64,000 nucleotides of DNA from a bacterium (lineage in GTDB: Bacteria > Patescibacteriota > Minisyncoccia > Moranbacterales > UBA2206): positions 16,612 to 80,611 of the forward strand of contig JAJYGF010000012.1 of the NCBI GenBank assembly GCA_021785125.1. Direction: 5' to 3'. Positions 8,899-17,972 of the stretch are shown here, piece by piece. The number at the start of each line of letters is the position of its first letter. Position 1 is the stretch's first letter. A model generated the notes under the pieces. It was given only the letters and a program-made list of their open reading frames with translations, was not told where the DNA came from and ran no database searches. The position numbers and the translations under genes were made by a program.

Positions 8899-9760
8899 AT
8901 TATCTTTGCGAAACTGCAAATTGATGTTCCCATCGTGCCTGCGGATTTCCCGCACACGACGAGCTCTAATGCATTTTCTGTTTGAGATCATAGATTTTTC
9001 GAAGACCTGCGTCTTCCAAATGGTCATTATTCATAACCATTTCCATAATCCGGCAAAAAATTTCAAAGTCACGGCTCTTTGAGCGTAACTTCAAAGAGTT
9101 TCTTTTGAAAAATGGAATTATTATTTTTTGCAAATCTTCTCGATTGGCGACTTCATAGCGATAACAATTTTGATGATTGGCGCGCCTATCCCTTTGGAAA
9201 TAAACTGCACCGCATCCGAAGAAATTTTTCAGTTCATCAAGAATTTTTTTGTCTTTCTCAATGAGTTTCAGAAAAAATCTCGGTTCAACTTTTGTTCTTC
9301 GCTTGATTTCTTTGGTTGAGTCAGGATTTTTCACGTATGCCGTGAAACTTCCTTCTCCATCCACGAGACCAACGATATAATTTGCATCTAATTTTTTCCA
9401 TATGCATTGGAGTGAATCCTTCTCCCGAGGACTCGGGATACTACGATTCAGCTGACTTCTTACGCTGCGTAAGTTTCGTTACTCTATTATTATAACATAA
9501 TATTAGAAACAACGTAAGATCTCCTGGGGTCATTTATAAATCCATTCCTAACATTCCGACTAGCCTGTTCGAGTATTTTCCCTTCGCTCACCACCGGTTC
9601 GAAGGTCAATACGACTATTTTTGTGTCGGACTGACATTTGCCTCCAGATCCTTCACCGTTTTCCTCGCGAAAAACGACTATCTTTTGGCTACGCTCTGAT
9701 TGGGTTTCAGAGGGAGAGATTTTAACTCTCTAGATCCATAAACTGCCCAGCGCTTTTATT
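8899..9760 (-). mobile_element. Group II (IIC-like) intron, 862 nt, after 16S position ~1399 (E. coli numbering), LAGLIDADG ORF in domain IV
   Basis: Splits GTACTCAC|CGCCCGTC; DV-like CGUCGUGUGCGG-GAAAU-CCGC-AG-GCACGAUG; DIII-like GAAGUCAGCUGA..UAGUA..GAAGG; loop GUGAG (9587-9591) complementary to exon end CUCAC; ends in AU. Confidence 0.88.
8966..9401 (-). pseudogene. Single-motif LAGLIDADG homing endonuclease, start ATG one base out of frame
   Basis: In-frame NYIVGLVDGEGSF, FFGCGAV and IIPFF motifs; ATG at 9401 is followed by GAAAAAATTA, one A too many to read MEKLDANY. Confidence 0.75.
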
Positions 9761-9986
9761 GTGAGTACAAGATCCGAGAACGTATTCACCGTGACGTTCT
9801 GATTCACGATTACTAGTGATTCCGGCTTCAAGAAGTCGAGTTGCAGACTTCTATCCGAACTGAGACCAACTTTTTGGGATTAGCTCCGTCTCGCGACTTG
9901 GCAACCCTTTGTATTGGCCATTGTAGCACGTGTGTTGCCCAGGGCGTCAAAGGGCCACGCTGATTTGACGTCATCCCCACCTTCCT

Positions 9987-10079
9987 CCCGGAACGAAACG
10001 CGCTTCGCTTCGCTTGCGCTTAATTTCAAATTTAAAATTTTAAATTTAAAATTTAGCACGAAGTGCGCTTTGTTCCGGG
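9987..10079 (-). other. ~80-nt hairpin expansion of 16S helix 40
   Basis: The short canonical hairpin between AGACUG and GAGGAAGG is replaced by a 93-nt imperfect hairpin with an AT-rich palindromic tip. Confidence 0.8.
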
Positions 10080-10764
10080 CAGTCTCGTGTGACAATATAA
10101 CACACGATAGGGGTTGCGCTCGTTTCCTGACTTAACAGAACACCTTACGGCACGAGCTGACGACAACCGTGCAGCACCTGCTATGCACCCTCGAAGGCTT
10201 GTGTATTTCTACACAATGCAGCATAGTTTCAAGCCCTGGTGAGGTTTCCCGCTTATCGTCGAATTAAACCACATGCTCCACCACTTGTGCGGATCCCCGT
10301 CTATTCCTTTGAGTTTTAGTCTTGCGACCGTACTTCCCAGGCGGCATACTTAACGCGTTAGCTACGACACTAAGAGGGTCGATTCTCTTAATACCTAGTA
10401 TGCAAAGTTTAGGGCGTGGACTACTGGGGTATCTAATCCCATTCGCTACCCACGCTTTCGCATCTCAGCGTCAGAACGGCCCCAACCAAATGCCTTCGCC
10501 TTTGGTGTTCCGTATGATATCAACGCATTTCACTGCTACACCATACGTTCCATTGATCTCTGACCGTCTCTAGATATGCCGTTTCAAATGCAGTTTCCAA
10601 GTTAAGCTCGGAGATTTGACATCTGACTAACATATCCGCCTACATGCTCTTTACGCCCAATAAATCCGGATAACGCTTGAGGCCTCTGTATTACCGCTAC
10701 TGCTGGCACAGAGTTAGTAGCCTCTTATTCCTTAGGTACCGTCATTACATTCTTCCCTAAGAAA

Positions 10765-10803
<39 letters not shown>

Positions 10804-11165
10804 GTCGCTCGTTCACCCTTTCGGGCATTGACGAATATTCTCGACTGCAGCCTCCCGTAGGAGTCTGGGCAGTGTCTCAGTCCCAGTGTTGGGGGCCGTG
10901 CTCTCACACCCCCTACCCGTCATAGCCTTGGTGGTCCTTTACACCACCAACAAGCTGATAGGACACAGGCTCCTCTTGAAGCGATAAATCTTTACTCCGT
11001 AGAGACCATCGTGTATTATCCTGGATTTCTCCAGGTTATTCACGACTTCAAGGAAGATTCCTATGCATTACTAACCCGTTTGCCAAGGGCCTAAACCCTT
11101 TCGACTTGCATGCCTTATCCACGCCGCCAGCGTTCATCCTGAGCTAGGATCAAACTCTCAAAAAG

Positions 11166-11772
11166 AATAGTAAATTCCATAAAGAAATTTATTATCCACT
11201 TAAATTCAAATTGAATTTAAGAATTTGTTTTAAGTCTTGCGACTTAAGATTTTTAGCTCTTATCTCGATTGCTCGAGACTAAGGACTAATCGCAAAAAAT
11301 TGCGATTATTTGCTGAACAATGTCTTCAATTTTCAAGCTTCTATCTATAACTGCAAAGTGATAGGGAGAAAATATCATGTTAGATTTTTCTCCAGACTAC
11401 TTCTTTGAAGTTAAGTTTGCCTCGGCAGCTGCCAGAAATCATACCAGACCTCACGTCATCCGTTTGTCGGACGCGACTTGGCAAAGAATTCATTGGCAGC
11501 TGCCGAGGATTGATCGGCCACCGGGAATGAGCGACAGTTGATCGCGCTCGTACTCTACGGAAAGGAGACGATTCTTTCCCCCGGCTCGCCGAAAATAAAA
11601 TGAACAAAAAACACAGCGATAAATATATCTACCGATACATTCATTGCTGTATCTTTATCCCGTAGCGAGCTCTGCTCTGCTACCTGGATTCTATTTCACC
11701 CTATCAATTTTTAATTGAAAGTTTTGGCGGTTTGTTGTTAAATACTTAATATCTTGCGATATTCATTTGTAC
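11166..11772 (-). ncRNA. Long structured 16S precursor leader
   Basis: Several long helices whose G-U pairs form only on the minus strand; three GCAA tetraloop hairpins; 11280-11302 is complementary to trailer ~8654-8677 (processing stem). Confidence 0.6.
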
Positions 11773-11778
11773 TTAGAC

Positions 11779-11807
11779 AGTTTAACAAGTCCTTAAAATC
11801 TTGTCAA
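11779..11807 (-). promoter_or_regulatory. rRNA promoter P2
   Basis: TTGACA, 17 nt, TAAACT on minus strand. Confidence 0.7.
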
Positions 11808-11887
11808 CCCCGCGCTAACTTTTTCTGTTTTGCCTATTTTTGCTAGCTTTTTAGCAATTTTATAAAGATTACTGATACACAAGGTTT

Positions 11888-11917
11888 ATTATAGCAATGA
11901 CTTTCGAAGAAAGTCAA
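11888..11917 (-). promoter_or_regulatory. rRNA promoter P1
   Basis: TTGACT, 18 nt, TATAAT on minus strand, ~110 bp upstream of P2. Confidence 0.6.
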
Positions 11918-11981
11918 GAAAAAGTTAGTGCCGGGTCAAGCCCCATTAAAATGCCTCGAATAAGGCCAAAACAATCGGACA

Positions 11982-12728
11982 TTATATCTCAATTTGACTG
12001 AATAAATAACTGCCGATGGCAAGTAGGATTGCCAGTACGCCTATGAGCACCATAAAATCTAACATTACTCCGAAATGGGATTGGCCGATCAAAATTCCGC
12101 GTAGCGCGTCTATCCCGTATGACAGCGGATCGATCCTGGCGATGGTAATTATGGCTTTTGGCAAATTATCCAATGGAAAGAGCGCGCCGGACAAAAAGAA
12201 TAGCGGCATTACTAAAAAATTCATGATGAGTTGGAAGCCCTGCATATCCTCTAGAACCGAAGCAATTGCAGTGCCGAGTGCCGTAAAGATGAGAGCAATC
12301 AAAAACATAACAACAAGCGCTAATAGCAAGGATGTTGGATGTTCCAATCTGAAACCGATAAAGAATGAAATTATTGCGACAATGACGCCTTGCAGAGTGG
12401 CGACAGTCGCGCCGCCCAGCGTTCGTCCCAGCATAATGTTCACGCGCGAGATGGGTGCTACCAAAGTTTCTTTCAAAAATCCGAATTGTTTGTCCCAGAT
12501 TATTTCAATACCGGTAAAGACGGCCGTAAATAAAATGCTCATCGCGATGATTCCAGGCGCCAAAAATTCAATGAAATTGCCACCGCCTGCTTTGGCATAA
12601 ATCGGACCGAAGCCGAAACCCAATGCCAAAAGGAACAGCAAGGGCTGGCCCAAAGAACCGACGATTCTCGCCCTGCTCCGGAAATATCTCTTGAGTTGTC
12701 TCAGCCACAAAATATAAATCGTGCTCAT
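11982..12728 (-). CDS. ABC-2 type (DrrB-like) transporter permease
   Basis: Six TM helices; FLAPGI, GFLKETLVAP, FFLSGALFP. Confidence 0.9.
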   Translation of the reverse strand: MSTIYILWLRQLKRYFRSRARIVGSLGQPLLFLLALGFGFGPIYAKAGGGNFIEFLAPGIIAMSILFTAVFTGIEIIWDKQFGFLKETLVAPISRVNIMLGRTLGGATVATLQGVIVAIISFFIGFRLEHPTSLLLALVVMFLIALIFTALGTAIASVLEDMQGFQLIMNFLVMPLFFLSGALFPLDNLPKAIITIARIDPLSYGIDALRGILIGQSHFGVMLDFMVLIGVLAILLAIGSYLFSQIEI

Positions 12729-12741
12729 ATCTATTTTATTC

Positions 12742-12787
12742 AGATCTAAGGCTAAACCTTAGCTTGCTAAGGTTTAGCCTTAGATCT
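12742..12787. repeat. Perfect REP-like palindrome with 22-bp arms
   Basis: AGATCTAAGGCTAAACCTTAGC-TT-GCTAAGGTTTAGCCTTAGATCT; partial copy at 33708-33738. Confidence 0.85.
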
Positions 12788-13594
12788 TTAACGTCTCCAC
12801 ATTTGTCTGTGTATGCGCATCCTATCTTTGGCGGATCCTTCCTCTTCGCGGATCTGCTTGCCGGTGAGGGCCAAAAAAGCATCCTCCAATGATTCTGTCT
12901 TGGTCTGTTTTTTCAATTCAGCAGATGTGCCGATGGTCATGATCTTTCCATGATCGATGATGGCGATCCTTTGCGCGACTTTGTCCGCTTCTTCCATGTA
13001 ATGCGTCGTTAGAAAAATCGTTATGCCTTCCGACTTGTTCAGCTCTTCGATGTATTTCCACAAATAATTCCTGGTCTGCGGATCCAATCCGATCGTCGGC
13101 TCATCCAAAAACAAGATCTTTGGATGATGGATGAGTCCGCGCGCAATCTCAAGGCGTCTTTTCATGCCGCCGGAAAATTCTTTCACCAGACTGTCGCGCC
13201 GATCCCACAATTCAACCAGCTTCAGAAGCTGTTCGATCCTTTTGTCCCTGGTCTTTTTCGGGACCTTATACAACACCGCGTGGAAATGCAGATTCTCCAT
13301 GGCGGTCAATTCATCATCCAGGCTTGGATCTTGAAAAACTATTCCGAAAGATTTTCTGGCTCCATTCTTGTCTTTAGCCGCATCCTTGCCATCGATCGTT
13401 ATTTCTCCGCTGGTCGGCACCAAAAGCGTCGTCAGCATCTTGATGGTTGTCGTCTTGCCGGCGCCGTTCGGACCGAGAAACGCAAAAATTTCTCCTCGCT
13501 TCACATCGAAGGAAACATCATCCACTGCCGTAAAATCACCGAATTTCTTGGTGACTCCATGCACCTCAATAATTTTTTCTGTTTCTTTTTTCAT
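12788..13594 (-). CDS. ABC transporter ATP-binding protein (DrrA-like)
   Basis: GPNGAGKTT, FSGGMKRR, ILFLDEPT, TTHYM. Confidence 0.95.
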   Translation of the reverse strand: MKKETEKIIEVHGVTKKFGDFTAVDDVSFDVKRGEIFAFLGPNGAGKTTTIKMLTTLLVPTSGEITIDGKDAAKDKNGARKSFGIVFQDPSLDDELTAMENLHFHAVLYKVPKKTRDKRIEQLLKLVELWDRRDSLVKEFSGGMKRRLEIARGLIHHPKILFLDEPTIGLDPQTRNYLWKYIEELNKSEGITIFLTTHYMEEADKVAQRIAIIDHGKIMTIGTSAELKKQTKTESLEDAFLALTGKQIREEEGSAKDRMRIHRQMWRR

Positions 13595-13614
13595 ACTCTA
13601 ATATTATATACCGC

Positions 13615-14763
13615 CTATGATAACTTTTCAATCCTTACTCCTATCAATCTAATCTTCTTCCGCTTTGGATTTTCACGCGCGTCGAAAAATGGCATCAATA
13701 ACTTGGCAATCTCGCCTTTCAAAACTTTCAAAGATCCGGCCGGCTTAGGCATCGTATGTGAGCGTATCTTGGTTTCAAATCCGGAAAAGCGGATTGTGAT
13801 CACGACTGTGCGAAATTTTTTGAAATCGCTATGCTTCAAACGTCGGATGACACTTTCGCACAATCCTTCAATTCTTTCAAAGACAAATTTGAAATCCAAA
13901 GTGTCCTCTCGGAAGGTCTCTTGTTCGCCGATCGATTTTATCTCATATTCTTCCGTGACCGGCGATTCATCAATTCCGCGGATCCGGTCATACAAATCAA
14001 AGCCCCATTTACCCCGCACTAACTTTGTACTGGCCTTCGGCCTAAAAACGCTTTGCGTTTGTGCAAAGTTAGTGCGGGGCGAGCCCAGCATATTGCGCAT
14101 GTCATCCTTGGAATATTTTTTCAAATCATTGATTGTCATTACGCCTTGCTTTTTGAAGAACAATTCGGTCTTCGGCCCGATGCCAGGCATCTTTCTTATA
14201 GGCAGGGGCTCCAAAAAATTTTCAACCTGCTCGGGATGAACCACGGTCAATCCATCCGGCTTCTGCATGTCCGAGGCGATTTTGGCAATAAGTTTGTTTG
14301 GACCCAGACCAATGGAAGCGGTCAGTTTTTCTTTTTCTTTGATTTCCTGTTTGATTTTTTTGCAAATTTCAATCGCATTTTCAAAACTTTCAACATGAGT
14401 CAGATCAATATATGCTTCGTCTATGCTGGCCTGTTCGATGGTGCTTGAGTATTTCCGGATAATTTCCATAATCTCATGCGAAACCTTGGAATATTTCCGG
14501 AAATCCACATCCAAAAATATGACTTCTGGCCTTCCTTTACGTTTCGCCTTCTGTGAAAATTGCCAGGCCTTGGAAATCGGCAAAGCCGAGCGGATGCTAT
14601 AGGCCCGCGCCGCATAATTGGCGGTCGAAACAACGCCACGGCCCTTGCCTTCCATCGGATCCGCTCCGACCACGATCGGCAATCCACGCAAACGCGGATT
14701 GTCCCGCTCCTCGACCGAAGCGAAAAAAGCATCCATGTCCAAATGCGCTATCATTCTTTCCAT
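13615..14763 (-). CDS. dinB: DNA polymerase IV (Y family) with a 24-aa insertion
   Basis: HLDMDAFFASVE, STANYAAR, SIDEAYID, AKIASDMQKPDG. Confidence 0.95.
   Translation of the reverse strand: MERMIAHLDMDAFFASVEERDNPRLRGLPIVVGADPMEGKGRGVVSTANYAARAYSIRSALPISKAWQFSQKAKRKGRPEVIFLDVDFRKYSKVSHEIMEIIRKYSSTIEQASIDEAYIDLTHVESFENAIEICKKIKQEIKEKEKLTASIGLGPNKLIAKIASDMQKPDGLTVVHPEQVENFLEPLPIRKMPGIGPKTELFFKKQGVMTINDLKKYSKDDMRNMLGSPRTNFAQTQSVFRPKASTKLVRGKWGFDLYDRIRGIDESPVTEEYEIKSIGEQETFREDTLDFKFVFERIEGLCESVIRRLKHSDFKKFRTVVITIRFSGFETKIRSHTMPKPAGSLKVLKGEIAKLLMPFFDARENPKRKKIRLIGVRIEKLS
14012..14079. repeat. Palindromic miniature element inserted in frame in dinB
   Basis: 19-bp inverted repeats CCCCGCACTAACTTTGTAC / GTGCAAAGTTAGTGCGGGG enclosing two mini-hairpins. 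Confidence 0.85.
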
Positions 14764-14861
14764 AGTGATATTATATCACTATTTTATATCAACCGACAAA
14801 AACCTTGTATCTAGTACAAGATTGCCAGCTAACTAGCAACACTACAAGATAAACTGTAGTC

Positions 14862-16196
14862 CTATTTGATTCTTTTTAGCCTTATCTGAAGCCAGAGAAT
14901 GGAAATAAAGCTGGCCGCGATCCCGCCTAAGATCATCGCCCAAGCGATGGAAAGATAATTGTAATGCAGAATAAAGACAAAAATATAAGCCAGTGGCACA
15001 GCCACTCCGAAAATCCGGACTAGATTGGCCACAAAACCCGGCACGCCAGTGCCCATCCCCTGAAGCGCGCGCGTGGCGGTCAGCACGATTGCCATCAATG
15101 GGAAGGTAATCACATCCAATCTCAAATATCTTCCACCCAGTGATAATAAATCTTGATTATATGTGAATATGCGTAAAAATATTTCAGGCCAGATATAAAA
15201 TATTACCCCAATCAGAACAGAAAATGAAGTCGATATGCCTATGGCATACCATGTAATGTTTTTTAACAGATCATAGCGTTTGGCGCCATAGAACATCCCA
15301 GCCAAAGCAAGAAGCGCTACAGAAAAACCGAGAGGCGGAAGAATAGAGACGCTTTCTAGTCTTGAAACAAGACCAAAAGATGCAACATAATCCGTCCCAA
15401 AATGCGCCATGAATCGGTTCAAAAACACCACATAAATGGAGATGAGCATGATCATGAAAGCTGAAGGAACACCAATAAAGAAATTTTCTTTGATAATATC
15501 CCAAGAAAATTTAAAATACTCTAAATCTAATTTAATGTATGATTTTTTCCTAAGATAATAAATAGAAACTCCCAGCGCCAAAAAAGTGGCTACAAATGTT
15601 GCCAGCGCCGCTCCCCTGACCTCTAAATGGAATCCGTAAATCAAGATTGGATCCAATATGATATTTGTGATCAGGCTGAAGATCTGAATTTTCATTGAAA
15701 GCAGAGTATTTCCTTCAGAAGAAAATATACTATCAATCGTAAAAGCCGGAAACATAAACAAAGTTCCGACGAAGATAATTTGCAAAAATCCAAATGCCAG
15801 ATCTTGCACATTTCCTGTTGCCCCAAACAGATTCAGAAGCGGCCGCGTGATAAAGAAACTAAGAATAAAAATAAAAAGGGCGGTCAAAATAGAAATTACA
15901 ATCGCATGCAAAGCAGAATTTTCTGCACTATCCTTGTCTTTTGCGCCCAGATAACGGGCCACCATAGAACTCATGCCCGTGCTGATGCCGGAATTGATCG
16001 CAATCAAGATGAAAAACAAAGGCGAAGCGAAAGACAGGGCAGCAATCGCTTCCGCGCCCAACCTGCCCACAAAAGCGGTGTCGGCAATGCTATAGGCTGT
16101 TTCAACGGCCATGCTGACTAAAATCGGAACAGCCAAAACAAACAAAGCTCTTTTGGGATTGGCAATAAACTCATCTACACGATTATCCTGTTCCAT
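14862..16196 (-). CDS. MATE-family efflux transporter
   Basis: About 12 TMs; ADTAFVGRLG, NIILDPILI, RGAALAT. Confidence 0.92.
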   Translation of the reverse strand: MEQDNRVDEFIANPKRALFVLAVPILVSMAVETAYSIADTAFVGRLGAEAIAALSFASPLFFILIAINSGISTGMSSMVARYLGAKDKDSAENSALHAIVISILTALFIFILSFFITRPLLNLFGATGNVQDLAFGFLQIIFVGTLFMFPAFTIDSIFSSEGNTLLSMKIQIFSLITNIILDPILIYGFHLEVRGAALATFVATFLALGVSIYYLRKKSYIKLDLEYFKFSWDIIKENFFIGVPSAFMIMLISIYVVFLNRFMAHFGTDYVASFGLVSRLESVSILPPLGFSVALLALAGMFYGAKRYDLLKNITWYAIGISTSFSVLIGVIFYIWPEIFLRIFTYNQDLLSLGGRYLRLDVITFPLMAIVLTATRALQGMGTGVPGFVANLVRIFGVAVPLAYIFVFILHYNYLSIAWAMILGGIAASFISILWLQIRLKRIK

Positions 16197-16269
16197 AAAC
16201 AAATGATAGCGAGCAAAAAAAGACTTGTCTGTATAATACAAATCTTTTTTATAAAAGTAACTTTTGTAA

Positions 16270-16632
16270 TTAATCGTTGGCCTGTCTGTTGCTTTCTTTA
16301 ATTTTATTCAGTATCTCCCTATATTTGAACTTGTTCATTTCGACAGCCCTTAATTTGACATCTTCTTCCCGATAAAACTCCAGTTTTACCTTTCTGACTG
16401 CATCCCCTCCATTTTCAGCAATAATAAAATGCACACCTATTCCATCAACCACATTTACCTGAAAATATTTTTTCTCACGCTCTTTTACTGTTTCGGGGAA
16501 AATAAGCTCTTTTTGATCGGAATTACTCCTTGCTTCCTTCAATTCTTCCTCTGCGTCGCCACCTTTCATTTTTGACACGGTTTCATCCTTTGGAGGAAGT
16601 TCCCGAAAAAACATCTCTATCTGCTTCTCCAT
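16270..16632 (-). CDS. Hypothetical protein
   Basis: 120-aa ORF starting 1 nt after the serS stop. Confidence 0.6.
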   Translation of the reverse strand: MEKQIEMFFRELPPKDETVSKMKGGDAEEELKEARSNSDQKELIFPETVKEREKKYFQVNVVDGIGVHFIIAENGGDAVRKVKLEFYREEDVKLRAVEMNKFKYREILNKIKESNRQAND

Positions 16633-16633
16633 A

Positions 16634-17941
16634 TTATTTTTTCCTTATTACATCCATCGGCATCGGCATGAATTTTTTGAGAACTTCTGGAATCTTTATG
16701 CTGCCGTCAGATTGTTGATAATTCTCGATGATTGCAATCAGAGGTCTTTGCGAGAAAGCAGTCGCATCATTCATATGCACATATTCCAATTTTCCATCCG
16801 CAGATCTAAATCTCGTATTTAATCGTCTTGCCTGAAAATCTCCGATAAGATCCGAAGTATTTGTTTCGCGGTATTTGTTTTGTCCTGGCATCCAAGTCTC
16901 TATATCGATTTGCCTGACATCGGGCTTGCCCATATCTCCCGTGCAAATAGCAACAATTTGATACGGAACACCCAAGGAGCCTATTAAATATTCTTGAATT
17001 GCCACAATAAAATTCTGCTCATCTAAAGCCTTATCGGGTTCCGTAAATGATTCCATTTCCAGTTTATCAAACTGATGCACGCGTAAGATTCCTTTCATGT
17101 CCTTATTATAGGATCCAGCCTCTCTTCTGAAGGCGGTAGAAAAACCAACCATTCTTATTGGAAACTGCTTCGGATCTAAAATTTCATCGGCATACATTGC
17201 GCCCAATGTATGTTCCGCGCTGCCTATCAAATTAAGATTATCCCTCTCCAGAGAATACATTTCTTCAGAATCCAAACGTGCCATGCGATTCATAACGTCA
17301 GGACGAATCATAACCGGAGGAAGAATCGGAACAAAAGGCTTTGTACTAACTTTTAAATTATTTTTTTCTGCAATTTCTTTCAAAACTTCCTCGTTGGTCA
17401 ACACCGAAAAAGCAAATTGCATAAGAGAAAACTCAAGAAGAACCAAATCGCCTTTCAAATAATTAAACCTGCTTCCACTGACCTTGGCACCCCGAACAGA
17501 ATCAATAATGTCCAGCTCGATTCCCAACTCCCAATGCTCTTTTGGCTTAAAATCAAATTTTGGAATTTCTCCAACTTTTCTAATTACTTTGTTTCCAGAT
17601 TCATCCGGTCCGATAGGCGTATCTTCCGAATGCATATTTGGAATTTTATATAATAGATTTTTATATTCATCGGAAACAGTTTCCAGTTCCGGTGTCAGCT
17701 TATCCAAGTCCTCTTTGACAGCCTTGCCTTTCTCGATCAATGCTTCGCGATTTTCAGGACCCGATTTCATGAGATCATTGAGCTTATTTTTCTCGGCGCT
17801 TAATTTTTCCATCTCCAATGCAATTTGGCGTTTTTTTTCATCCAGCTCCAAGAGCCTGTCAACATCACATTTGATATTCCGATCAAGGCAATTTTTCTTC
17901 ACCGCATCCGCGTTTTCCCTGATAAATTTGATATCTAGCAT
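16634..17941 (-). CDS. serS: Serine--tRNA ligase
   Basis: MLDIKFIREN, coiled coil, FRREAGSY, RVHQFDKLE, FQARRL. Confidence 0.97.
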   Translation of the reverse strand: MLDIKFIRENADAVKKNCLDRNIKCDVDRLLELDEKKRQIALEMEKLSAEKNKLNDLMKSGPENREALIEKGKAVKEDLDKLTPELETVSDEYKNLLYKIPNMHSEDTPIGPDESGNKVIRKVGEIPKFDFKPKEHWELGIELDIIDSVRGAKVSGSRFNYLKGDLVLLEFSLMQFAFSVLTNEEVLKEIAEKNNLKVSTKPFVPILPPVMIRPDVMNRMARLDSEEMYSLERDNLNLIGSAEHTLGAMYADEILDPKQFPIRMVGFSTAFRREAGSYNKDMKGILRVHQFDKLEMESFTEPDKALDEQNFIVAIQEYLIGSLGVPYQIVAICTGDMGKPDVRQIDIETWMPGQNKYRETNTSDLIGDFQARRLNTRFRSADGKLEYVHMNDATAFSQRPLIAIIENYQQSDGSIKIPEVLKKFMPMPMDVIRKK

Positions 17942-17972
17942 AAAAAATATCCGAAATTATTATATATTCAGT

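Noticed and set aside
8899-9760. Group I intron assignment
   Set aside because: No U before the 5' splice site and no terminal G; domain V, domain III and EBS1 of group II are recognisable
9880-10573. Short ORFs at 9880-10135 and 10322-10573
   Set aside because: They lie within 16S rRNA sequence and are spurious
11380-11607. 75-aa ORF in the rRNA leader, and RNase P/tmRNA/SRP identity for the region
   Set aside because: No RBS or protein-like features; no GAGGAAAGUCC, tRNA-like ends or SRP loop motif seen
13124-14239. 371-aa plus-strand ORF
   Set aside because: Antisense shadow of the ABC ATPase and dinB
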